A stretch of 64,000 nt of DNA from Candidatus Limnocylindrales bacterium. GTDB taxonomy: Bacteria > Chloroflexota > Limnocylindria > Limnocylindrales > CSP1-4. The DNA lies in assembly GCA_046707905.1 (NCBI GenBank), contig JBKKDM010000126.1, positions 2,405 to 66,404 of the forward strand, read 5' to 3'. Position numbers and translations under genes: made by a program. A model generated the notes under the pieces. That model was not told the DNA's origin. It ran no database searches and worked only from the letters and a program-made list of their open reading frames with translations. Below are positions 26,443 through 35,136 of this stretch, one piece after another; position 1 is the first letter of the stretch; the number at the start of each line of letters is the position of its first letter.

Positions 26443-29400
26443 GTGACCGGACCGATCGTCTCGCTCGTGCTGGCCCGCGTGCGTCGACGCGGGCTCACGA
26501 TGGTCATCTCGGTCGGGGCAGTGGCGGCGGTCGTGGCGCTGGTGGCGACCGTGTCCGGGATCGGCGCCATCGCGACCGACCGCACTCTGGCCCGCGTCCT
26601 CACGACAACGGAAGCCGACCGGCCAGTGGTGCGCGTCTCGCACTTCTCGAACTCGAGCCGAGACTGGACCGCGGTCGGCGAACGGGCCGACACCCTGCTG
26701 GCGTCGCTGGCCCCCCATGTCGGAGCGCCCGTCCGGGGCGTCCTCGTCCGCGAGCTGACCGACCTCGACCTCCCGCTCTTCGAGCTGATCGTCGCGATCG
26801 ACGATCCCGCGCCGTGGACCACGGTTCTCGACGGGCGTCTCCCGGCTCCTTGCACCCCGATCCGCTGTGAGGCACTCCTCGCGAGCGAGGTGCCGCCTCC
26901 CGACGGATTCAGTGTCGCCCGGCCGACCGAGGGCCTGGAGCTTCCGATCGTCGGGCGGGGCCTCCTCCACCCGGCGATCCCGTTCGAATCGCTCGACCAG
27001 GCGGGGCCGGCCGGCGAGCGCCCGGCAAACGACTCCCAGACCGAGCGCCGGGCTCCGGCGATTCTCGTGGTCAACGGGGTGGACGCCCTCGCTCGGATCG
27101 AGGCGCTGGATCGCGTCGGACGGACCTACGTCTGGACCGCGTCGCTCCAGGCCGACGCGATCCGGCCCTGGACCGTCGATGGCTTCTCGACGACGCTCGC
27201 TTCTGTGACCCGCCAGCTGACCGAGGACGATCGCGCCTTTACGGTCAGCAGTCCGATCGGGCGCCTCCAGGAAGCGCTCCAGCGCGCCGACGTGGCGCGC
27301 GGGCGGTTGCTGCTGATCGGCTCCCTCGCTGTCGCGATCCTCCTCGCCTTTGCTGTCTTCGCGTCGCTTGTCGGGCGGGCCGACAGCATCGCCGAGATCG
27401 CCCGCCTGGAGGCCGTTGGCGCTCGCGGCCGCGACGTCGCTGGCTTCGTCGTCCTCGAGGCCGCCCTGCCGGTTGTCCTGGGTGCCGCGCTGGGCGTTTT
27501 CGCCGGGGTGGTGATCGTGTCCGCACTGGCCGCCTGGCAAGCGGCACCGATCGGTTCTGTGCTCGGCGTAGCGCTCCTGGCTCCGGGCCCCGTCCTGGCG
27601 ACCTGCGCGGCCCTCGTCCTCGCTATGGCGTCCACGATCGCCGTGATGACGCCGTCCGGGCGTAGCCGCGGCGCCGTCAGGACCCTTGGTGCCGTCGGCG
27701 CGACCGCCGTGGCGCTGCTGGGCTGGCAGCTCGCAGCGTCCGGCTCGCTTGAACCGACAGCCCTCGCCCGCTTGCTTGGCAATCCGGCGATCGTCGTGGT
27801 GCCGCCGGCCATCGCGTTTCTGGTGGCCCTGGGATTCCTGACGATCCTCCCGCGGCTCCTTCGCGCGCTCGCTCGGCGTTCCGGACGAGCTCCGCTCGAG
27901 GTCCGCCTGTCGATTCTGTCGGTTTCGCGCGATCCGGATCGTCCGGCCGCGACGGTGACCCTGCTGGCCTTCAGCCTCGGCGCCATCGTCTTTGCGACCG
28001 GCTGGTCGGCGAGCCTGCGGCAGGGGATCGAGGATCAGGCTGCCTATCGGTCCGGCCTCGAGTTGCGGGTAACGGAGCTCGGTACGGCCCTCTCGATCAG
28101 CCAGTCGGTCGTGCCGGTGGAGCGGTACGCGAGCCTTGGCGGCGACGTGACTGCGGTGCCGGTGTTCCGGGGAACCGCAGAGATAGCTCCCGGTGGTCAG
28201 GCCACGGTTCTCGGGCTCGACCCATCCATCCTGGCCGCCCTGCCGGGTTGGCGCGCCGACTTCGCGGATCTCTCGATCGAGGACCTGGCGGCCCGTCTCG
28301 CGCTGCCATCACCGCCCGGCGGCTGGCACCAGGCGGGCCACCGGTTGCCGGCTGGTGAGTCGGAGATCCGCCTTGGCTTCCGGTATTCCGGCGAGCGGTT
28401 CAAGCTGGGCGCGGTGGTCGCGACCGACGGAGGCGACCACGCGGTGATCCCCCTCGGGACGATCAGCGATGGCATGACGGAGGTCCGGGCGACCCTGCCG
28501 GAGGCGGCGATCGGCGGAACGCTGATCGCCATCACCTTCGTTCACGAGCGGTTCATCTACGGCCCCCACCAGCACGAGCTGCGTCGAGGCACCGTCACCT
28601 TCGAGGGGCTCGACGGCCTGGTGGAGGCGCGCCCGATCGAGATCGAGGTCTTCACCGTATCGATCGTCACGGTCCGGGCACCGCAAGCGACGGATGGACT
28701 CGCCCTGCCGGCCGTGGTGAGCCCCGACCTCGCCGCCGCGGTCGATCCAGATGGACTGCTGCGGCTGGAAGTCGGCGGCGGCCGGACGATCAACCTCCGG
28801 GTCGTCGCGACGGCACGCCAGTTCCCGACCTTGGTGGATCCCGGCCAGCGGTTCATCGTCGTGCCCCTTGATCCGTACCTCGTGGCGCTCAATGCCGAGG
28901 CGCCCGGGGCCGGACAGCTCACTGAGATGTGGCTGGGTACACCGAGCGCTTCCCGAACGGCGGACGTTCGCACGGCCCTGGCGAGCGCGCCGTTCCGCTT
29001 TCCGGCGATCACCGACCGCGCCGCCCTGGTCGCGGAACGCGCCGCCGATCCGCTCAGCCAGTCGATCGTGTGGGCCCTCGTCGTCGCCGCGCTGGCAGGT
29101 CTCGTGCTTTCCGTGGGGGGCATCCTGCTCGGCGCGAACACGGACCTGCGCGACGAGCGCGGCGAGCTGGCCGACCTCGAGGCCCAGGGCGTTCCGCCCT
29201 CGACACTGCGCAAGCTTGCGCTGGCCCGGACCGCCTGGCTGGCCGGCGTGGGGACGGTGGCCGGTCTTGTGGTCGGCGTAGTCCTCACGTTCGGCGTGAC
29301 GGCCGCTCTCGCGGTGACGGCCGAGGGCACCTTGCCGGTCCCGACGCTCCGAACCGTCGTTCCGATCCTGCCAATCCTCGTGGTCATCGCTGCATTGCTC

Positions 29401-29466
29401 GCCCTGGTGGCCGGCGCGGTCGCGTGGCTCGCCCGGCGAACCTATGCGGGGCCCGGCGATGGCTGA
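26443..29466 (+). CDS. Very large ABC transporter permease with two FtsX (MacB-type) modules
   Basis: About 1007 aa. The N-terminal TM plus large loop plus FtsX helices span roughly residues 300-420, followed by extra TMs, a second large loop and a C-terminal FtsX module (SIVWALVVAALAGLVLSV...TAWLAGVGTVAGLVVGVVLTF...). GTG 26443 is chosen to avoid overlapping the divergent CGNR gene. Confidence 0.8.
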   Translation: MTGPIVSLVLARVRRRGLTMVISVGAVAAVVALVATVSGIGAIATDRTLARVLTTTEADRPVVRVSHFSNSSRDWTAVGERADTLLASLAPHVGAPVRGVLVRELTDLDLPLFELIVAIDDPAPWTTVLDGRLPAPCTPIRCEALLASEVPPPDGFSVARPTEGLELPIVGRGLLHPAIPFESLDQAGPAGERPANDSQTERRAPAILVVNGVDALARIEALDRVGRTYVWTASLQADAIRPWTVDGFSTTLASVTRQLTEDDRAFTVSSPIGRLQEALQRADVARGRLLLIGSLAVAILLAFAVFASLVGRADSIAEIARLEAVGARGRDVAGFVVLEAALPVVLGAALGVFAGVVIVSALAAWQAAPIGSVLGVALLAPGPVLATCAALVLAMASTIAVMTPSGRSRGAVRTLGAVGATAVALLGWQLAASGSLEPTALARLLGNPAIVVVPPAIAFLVALGFLTILPRLLRALARRSGRAPLEVRLSILSVSRDPDRPAATVTLLAFSLGAIVFATGWSASLRQGIEDQAAYRSGLELRVTELGTALSISQSVVPVERYASLGGDVTAVPVFRGTAEIAPGGQATVLGLDPSILAALPGWRADFADLSIEDLAARLALPSPPGGWHQAGHRLPAGESEIRLGFRYSGERFKLGAVVATDGGDHAVIPLGTISDGMTEVRATLPEAAIGGTLIAITFVHERFIYGPHQHELRRGTVTFEGLDGLVEARPIEIEVFTVSIVTVRAPQATDGLALPAVVSPDLAAAVDPDGLLRLEVGGGRTINLRVVATARQFPTLVDPGQRFIVVPLDPYLVALNAEAPGAGQLTEMWLGTPSASRTADVRTALASAPFRFPAITDRAALVAERAADPLSQSIVWALVVAALAGLVLSVGGILLGANTDLRDERGELADLEAQGVPPSTLRKLALARTAWLAGVGTVAGLVVGVVLTFGVTAALAVTAEGTLPVPTLRTVVPILPILVVIAALLALVAGAVAWLARRTYAGPGDG

Positions 29467-30955
29467 CGCCGTTCGGGCGGTCGGCCTGATCCGGATTCAC
29501 GCGTCGGAAGGGGGTCCGGTGGCCGCGCTGCGGGGGCTGGATCTCCGAGTCTCGACCGGCGAGATCGCGGCCGTTGTCGGACCCTCTGGATCGGGCAAGT
29601 CGACCTTGCTCCGGTTGCTTGCGGGGTTGGATCGGCCGTCAGCGGGTCGCTTGGCCGTCTTCGGCCAGGACCTTGCCACGGCCAGCAAGCGCGAGCTGTC
29701 TCGCCACCGCCGCGACCGGATCGGGCTCGTCGCGCAACACTACCGGCGAGCCCTGTCGCCGTACCTCCGCGCCGCGGACGCCATCGCCCTCCCGCTCGCC
29801 CTTCGGGGCCTGCGACCCCCCGATCGGAGCCGACGGGTCGAGGAGCTGCTCGAGCGCGTCGGGCTGGCCCACCGCGCGCGAGCCTTCCGCCACGAGCTCT
29901 CCGGTGGAGAGCAGCAGCGCATCGCGTTCGCCGTGGCCCTGGCGGCGCACCCATCCCTGCTCCTGGCGGACGAGCCCACCGGTGAGCTGGACGGGACCAC
30001 CGCGGAAAGCCTGCTCCACATGGCCCGTGAGCTCGTCCGGGTTGAGGGCGCCACCTGCATCATCGTCACGCACGATCGACTCGTGGAGCGATTCGCAGAC
30101 CGGGTGGTCCATTTGGCGGACGGGCGGGTCGTCGCCGAGGGCAGCGACGGGGTTGTGCCACAGCGGGCGGTCGACGCCCAGGGCTGGCTGGCGCCGCCCC
30201 CGCCTGATTCGGGTCCATCGCGCGTCGCACCAGGGCGGGTCACGAGCGATGATTCCGCCGCACGGCTCACCGCGGTCGCGCGCCGCTATGGCGAGGCCGG
30301 CGAAGGGGCCCTTGGCCTTCCACCGGTAACCGTCGCCTTCGCCAGGGGCGGGTTCCACGTCGTGACTGGACCGTCGGGAAGCGGCAAGACCACGCTCCTG
30401 CGCCTCGTGGCGGGCCTTGATCGCCCGACCGAGGGCACCGTGACGACGCTTGGCCAGGACCTGTCACAACTCGACCGCGAGGCGTTGGCGCGGTTCCGGG
30501 CGGACGGGATCGGCCTGGTCGATCAGGTCCGGGACCTCGTGCCGTTCCTGTCGGCCCTGGAGAACGTGGAGCTGGGACTGGCGATCCGCGGGCGGGGTGG
30601 ACCCGTCGCGCGTGCTCGCGCGCACGAGGCGCTCGACGCGTTCGGGATCGGCGACCATGCGGACCGGTTGCCGACGGGTCTATCGGCCGGCGAGCGGCTC
30701 CGGGTGGCCCTCGCCCGCGCGATGGCGACGGAACCAGAACTCCTCGTCCTGGACGAGCCGACGGCGGCTCTCGATCGGCATGCGGCCGCCGCCGTGGCCC
30801 GGAGGCTTGCGGAGCTGGACGGTCGGATCACGATCCTCGCAGCGACCCACGATGACGCGCTGATCGCCGCGGCTTCGCATCGCTTCGACCTGGGTGAGGC
30901 GGGGGTCGAACACCTAGCGCCGCCTGGCCCCTTCAGCAGTAGGCGCCGCACCTGA
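29444..30955 (+). CDS. ABC transporter ATP-binding protein with two fused MacB-type NBDs
   Basis: NBD1 has GPSGSGKSTLL, LSGGEQQRIAFAVAL and LLLADEPTGELD. NBD2 has GPSGSGKTTLL, LSAGERLRVALARAM and LLVLDEPTAALD. An alternative start at ATG 29459 overlaps the permease stop. Confidence 0.85.
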   Translation: MRGPAMADAVRAVGLIRIHASEGGPVAALRGLDLRVSTGEIAAVVGPSGSGKSTLLRLLAGLDRPSAGRLAVFGQDLATASKRELSRHRRDRIGLVAQHYRRALSPYLRAADAIALPLALRGLRPPDRSRRVEELLERVGLAHRARAFRHELSGGEQQRIAFAVALAAHPSLLLADEPTGELDGTTAESLLHMARELVRVEGATCIIVTHDRLVERFADRVVHLADGRVVAEGSDGVVPQRAVDAQGWLAPPPPDSGPSRVAPGRVTSDDSAARLTAVARRYGEAGEGALGLPPVTVAFARGGFHVVTGPSGSGKTTLLRLVAGLDRPTEGTVTTLGQDLSQLDREALARFRADGIGLVDQVRDLVPFLSALENVELGLAIRGRGGPVARARAHEALDAFGIGDHADRLPTGLSAGERLRVALARAMATEPELLVLDEPTAALDRHAAAAVARRLAELDGRITILAATHDDALIAAASHRFDLGEAGVEHLAPPGPFSSRRRT

Positions 30956-31255
30956 TGGCGCGCCGGCCGCGACGGCCGCCAGCTCGTCGATGCGCCGGGC
31001 GAGGTTGACATCCCGCTTCGTGACCCCGCCGGCATCGTGGCTGGTCAATCGGAAGGTCACGTTCCGGTAGCCGGTGATCGAGATGTCAGGGTGGTGGTCG
31101 CGGCGATCGGCCTCAACGGCGACGGCGTTCACCAACGCGATCGCATCGCGCCAATCACCGCGACGAAAGGTCCGCACCAGTGCGTCGCCGTCGCGCGCCC
31201 AGCCGGGCAGCTCCGCGAGCGCGGCGGCGAGGGCTCGGGCATCGAAGGTGGGCAT
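30914..31255 (-). CDS. 4a-hydroxytetrahydrobiopterin dehydratase (pterin-4-alpha-carbinolamine dehydratase)
   Basis: The motif DHHPDISITGYRNVTFRLTSHDAGGVTKRD is diagnostic of PCD. ATG 31255 (MPTFDARAL) is preferred. The 3' end overlaps the convergent ABC ATPase gene by 42 nt. Confidence 0.85.
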   Translation of the reverse strand: MPTFDARALAAALAELPGWARDGDALVRTFRRGDWRDAIALVNAVAVEADRRDHHPDISITGYRNVTFRLTSHDAGGVTKRDVNLARRIDELAAVAAGAPSGAAPTAEGARRR

Positions 31256-31303
31256 CCGGTCCAGCGTACGCCGGCCCGACGCAGGCAACGCGTACCCGCG
31301 GGG

Positions 31304-31648
31304 TCACGACGCCTCTTCGGTCTCCGCCAGGCGATGGCCGATGCTGGCGAGCGCCGCGGTGATCTCGTCGTACCGTTCACGGGGGATCGCCAGTACCTGG
31401 GGCTCCTGCCTCGGATCCACCGGCACGATCACGAGCGTCGCCGGGCGGTCGCGTTCGATGTCGAACTGAATCCGCCGCAGCCCGTCAAAGCCGACGTCGA
31501 GAGCGACACGCTCCCCGGCCCCTACCACCAGCCGTCGGTCTGTCAGCAACAGGTGGGTGCCCTCGGCCTCGGTGATGGCTTCGACCGTCTCGCCCGGTTC
31601 CACGACCCGCAGGACGGGTGGCGTTGTTGCGCCAAGCTCAGCATCCAT
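31304..31648 (-). CDS. Hypothetical protein, bacterial PH-domain-like
   Basis: 114 aa. The pattern LLLTDRRLVV...I.F is reminiscent of bPH domains. It lies directly downstream of the GTPase pair on the same strand. Confidence 0.45.
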   Translation of the reverse strand: MDAELGATTPPVLRVVEPGETVEAITEAEGTHLLLTDRRLVVGAGERVALDVGFDGLRRIQFDIERDRPATLVIVPVDPRQEPQVLAIPRERYDEITAALASIGHRLAETEEAS

Positions 31649-31756
31649 GGATCGAGTTTGTCGTTGCGACCGGTCAAATGCGCGCGGGAGAGCCTGCCCG
31701 ACGCGTCGCGCGAATTGCAGAACGATCGAAGCCCCGGTCGCGTTCGGTTCCTGTCG

Positions 31757-33358
31757 TCAGCGGCCTGCGCGCCGCCAGGCAGCTCCCAGCTGCGCCCGAG
31801 CGGTCTCGATTCGCGCCAGCGGCGCGAAGGCCTCGGACTCGATGACCGCCCCGACGGTCCGCCGCAGCTCGCCGGTGAGCCGCCGCGCCCAGCGGCGCCC
31901 AAGGAAGCCGGCGTGGAGCGAGAGGACCCGCGCCAGCAGGTAGCCCACCCCGAGCCCGAGCGCCAGGAGAACCATCGGTGCCGGTACGGGACCAAGGACC
32001 GGCAGGTCGTAGCTGGCCACCTCGGGGCGGGCAACGACCCATAACACGATCCATGCGACGGCGACCACGAGGAGCACGGTGTTGGCCGACTGCAGGAGCC
32101 CAACCAGCGGCCAGAAGCGGCTCGACGGCACCTCGACGTCCGAGTGGCGCGCGATCACCCGATCGAGGGCAGTGGCGATCCGGCCTTCCAGGTCAGCACC
32201 CTCGCCCGCCATGGCGTAGCGGCCACGAAGCGCGGGCGGGACGCCCGGCAGCGCCTCGGCGATCTCGCGGCGGATGGGCTCCGAAGCGCGCGAGAGGCCC
32301 CCCCGCCGCCGCCAGCCGCGGAGATACTCGGCCGGGTCTGCCGTCTGGCGCTGGCGTCCCGAGAATCGATAGATCGCCGACGTCAGGATGCCGATCGGCC
32401 CGGTTCCCCGGCGCCGGGCGCGCGCCCGCGTGGCGGCGACCGCCTGGCGCTCGGCGCCCGGCAAGTCCACCACGCGCAGCGCTTCCTCCGCGGCCGCCAG
32501 GATGGCCCGTCGCTGTCCGGCCACCGGAACCAACGGCGCGAGATCCTGCGGCTGGCCGCTGAGACCGGCAGCTCCGGCGAGCTCGATGAGGGCGGCCCCC
32601 GCCGAGGCCATCACGCGCGAGGCGACCACGGCCTTGGCCTCGACGCCCTCCGCCAGCCACGAGCGAAGGCCGGCCACCCCGGCCTCGCCCTGCGTCGCGC
32701 TGGTCACGATCACCTTGGTTTCGCGTGGTAGCACCCGCCGGAGGTCGCGTTCCACGTGCTTCCGAGCATCCGCATCGAGCCTGTCGGCCTTGTTGAGGAT
32801 CACGAGCTGGCGGTCGAGCCGCGGCATCCAGGTCCGCAGGAAGTCGTCATGCAGAGCCGCGTCCGCGTACTTCTCCGGGTCGACCACCCAGGCCACGACA
32901 TCGAGCTTCGGCAGCACCGCCTCGACGGCCGCGCGGTGCCCGGCCTCGAGCGAGTCGACGTCGGGCAGGTCCAGGATCACGATGCGCCCGAGGTCGGCCC
33001 GCGCGTGCGTGATCGGCTGATCGATGCCGAGACGGTCCAGCAGCGGCCGGACCTCGGCGACCGCCTCGGCGGCGACCCAGGCCACCGGCGATCCCGTCGT
33101 CGGTCGCCGCGCGCTCGCTGGGCTCACGACCGCCCCGCCAAGAGCGTTCAGGAGCGTCGACTTCCCGACGCCGGTCCCGCCGACCAGCGCGACGACGTAG
33201 CTGTCCGCCGCGAGCCCGAGTCGGTCGGTAGCTTCAGCGGCGACCGCCTCGGCGCGCGTGACGTCGAGCTCCAGGACGCGCGCCGCGGAGATTGCCTGCT
33301 GCAGGGCGTCAACGACCTCGAGCGCCGGGCGCTCCAGGCCGGCTCCGGCCGGGCTCAC
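31757..33358 (-). CDS. Membrane-anchored P-loop GTPase (dynamin/HSR1-like), second of a pair
   Basis: GTG 33358 overlaps the upstream stop (GTGA). G1 is GGTGVGKSTLLNALGG, G3 is ILDLPDVDS and G4 is ILNKADRL. Two C-terminal TM helices are present (FWPLVGLLQSANTVLLVVAVAWIVLWVV and VLGPVPAPMVLLALGLGVGYLLARVL). ORF-track residues upstream of 33358 are Arg/Gly/Pro junk overlapping the first GTPase. Confidence 0.75.
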   Translation of the reverse strand: MSPAGAGLERPALEVVDALQQAISAARVLELDVTRAEAVAAEATDRLGLAADSYVVALVGGTGVGKSTLLNALGGAVVSPASARRPTTGSPVAWVAAEAVAEVRPLLDRLGIDQPITHARADLGRIVILDLPDVDSLEAGHRAAVEAVLPKLDVVAWVVDPEKYADAALHDDFLRTWMPRLDRQLVILNKADRLDADARKHVERDLRRVLPRETKVIVTSATQGEAGVAGLRSWLAEGVEAKAVVASRVMASAGAALIELAGAAGLSGQPQDLAPLVPVAGQRRAILAAAEEALRVVDLPGAERQAVAATRARARRRGTGPIGILTSAIYRFSGRQRQTADPAEYLRGWRRRGGLSRASEPIRREIAEALPGVPPALRGRYAMAGEGADLEGRIATALDRVIARHSDVEVPSSRFWPLVGLLQSANTVLLVVAVAWIVLWVVARPEVASYDLPVLGPVPAPMVLLALGLGVGYLLARVLSLHAGFLGRRWARRLTGELRRTVGAVIESEAFAPLARIETARAQLGAAWRRAGR

Positions 33359-35040
33359 GTGAGGGCGCTCACCTCGCGCGCGGCCGTCCGCAGCCGTGCC
33401 GCCAGATCCCGGAGCTCGCCGCCGTCCGGCACGAGCCCTTGGTAGCGCGCCAGCTCTCGGGCAAATGCGTCCTCCAGGATCGTTGCGAGGCGCGCCCGCG
33501 CTCGACCGATCATCTCGACCATGGCGGCCTCGCCGAAGAGGGCCTCGAGCAGCTTCTGATTCAGGAAGGCGGTCCCGGCGGCGACACCGACCTCCGTGCC
33601 CGTGATCCCGCCCGTGGTCGCGAACGTCGCGAGCATCACCCCGATCCCCGCCGCGTTGACCCCCACCGACGCCCCCTTCGCCAGGAAGCGCTTCTGTCCG
33701 CCGGTCGCCTGAACGTCCTCGGCGATGCTCGTGATCCAGCCTTCGAGCTCGGCTCGGAGCTCGGCGTCGAAGCCCGGCGAGACCGTCCACAGGCCCGTCT
33801 CCTCTGCAACGAGGCGTGTCGTCGAGCGTTCGTCGCTCCACGCCGTCGCGGTGCGGCGCGCCGCTTCCGCGGCATGGGATCGCGCGAGGGCGGTCAGGTC
33901 CGCCAAGGCGTCCTCCCGAACCTCGGCCACGGGCGCGGGCGGAGTACCCCGGATGAGGGCGGACAGCGTGCCGCGGATCTTGCCGATCCCGCTGGAGAAG
34001 AACCGCGTGATCTCGTCCGCGCCGACGAACGCCTGCCACTGGCGCAGTGCCTCGGCGCGCAGGAACGTCCCACCCTTGAGGCGGTCCCGGAGCGCGGCGG
34101 CCTCGGTCGTGAAGGCGTGCGCAGCGACCCGGTGCAGGGCGTCGGCCTCGATCGCCTCGTGCTCCAGGTCGTCGGCCACGCGCTCCACGAGGGGCACGAG
34201 GCCGGTGAGGCTGCCCGCCAGCGCGCGGGCGGCGAGGGCCCGTCGGGCGTCGAGGTCCGCTCCGAGCGCGTCCATGCGAGCCCTGATCGGCGCGACCGCG
34301 GCGGCCGCCAGCCCATCGATCGCCGGGTCGAGGGCGCCTTCGGGGATGGCCACGATATCGTCCGCGGCGTCGTGCTCGAGGAGCACGCCGTTCTCCTCGA
34401 GCAGGCGATGGACGTCCGCGAGCACCGTATCGCGGTCCGCTTGATCGGTCGGCATCCGGTTCAGGACGACGACGAGCGGGAGGCCTCGATCCCGGGCCCT
34501 TGCGAGGACGTCCCACGGCACCCGGTCGGCATAGCGGGTCGCGGTGGTCACGAAGATGCCCAGGTCCGCCGCCTCGGCGAGGCGGTCCGTCAGCTCGCGA
34601 TTGGCGTGCTCGATCGAGTCGACGTCCGGCGAATCGAGGAGCGCGATTCCGTCCGGCATGCCCTCGAGCTCGACCAGCCGCAGCCGTCCAGCGGCGAGGG
34701 TGGACAGCGGGGCACCCTCGCCCAGCAGGGAGTCGCGATCGCCCGGGCGAGCCACGACGACAACGTCCCGCGTCGTCGGACGGATCACGCCGGACGGGCT
34801 TGCCGCGACACCCGCGAGCGCATTCAGCAGGCTCGACTTGCCGGCCCCGGTCGGCCCCAACAGCAGCACGAGCAGCGGCGCATCGAGGCTCCGAGCCCGG
34901 GGCAGCACATGGCCGGTCAAGTGGTCGATCAGCTGCCGGCTTCGGCGCTGCGCCTCCTCGCTCGCGTGCGGGCCGAGGCTCCCGGCCCGCTCTGCGACGA
35001 TGGCCGCCAGCTTCTCGGCGACTCCGGCGACGGCATCCAT
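33355..35040 (-). CDS. P-loop GTPase (dynamin/HSR1-like), first of a pair
   Basis: Starts at ATG 35040 (MDAVAGVAEKLAAIV). G1 is GPTGAGKSSLLNALAG, G3 is LLDSPDVDS and the G4-like motif is VLNRMPTD. A long helical C-terminal region carries a hydrophobic hairpin (GVNAAGIGVMLATFATTGGITGTEVGVAAG). Confidence 0.75.
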   Translation of the reverse strand: MDAVAGVAEKLAAIVAERAGSLGPHASEEAQRRSRQLIDHLTGHVLPRARSLDAPLLVLLLGPTGAGKSSLLNALAGVAASPSGVIRPTTRDVVVVARPGDRDSLLGEGAPLSTLAAGRLRLVELEGMPDGIALLDSPDVDSIEHANRELTDRLAEAADLGIFVTTATRYADRVPWDVLARARDRGLPLVVVLNRMPTDQADRDTVLADVHRLLEENGVLLEHDAADDIVAIPEGALDPAIDGLAAAAVAPIRARMDALGADLDARRALAARALAGSLTGLVPLVERVADDLEHEAIEADALHRVAAHAFTTEAAALRDRLKGGTFLRAEALRQWQAFVGADEITRFFSSGIGKIRGTLSALIRGTPPAPVAEVREDALADLTALARSHAAEAARRTATAWSDERSTTRLVAEETGLWTVSPGFDAELRAELEGWITSIAEDVQATGGQKRFLAKGASVGVNAAGIGVMLATFATTGGITGTEVGVAAGTAFLNQKLLEALFGEAAMVEMIGRARARLATILEDAFARELARYQGLVPDGGELRDLAARLRTAAREVSALT

Positions 35041-35136
35041 GTGCCCACGATGCTCGATTTCCGGAATCCCCGCGTAAACGCTTCGGAGCGCGCCGCTGCG
35101 GGCGCCAATCAGGTCGGTCCGCCATGCTGGGCGCTG

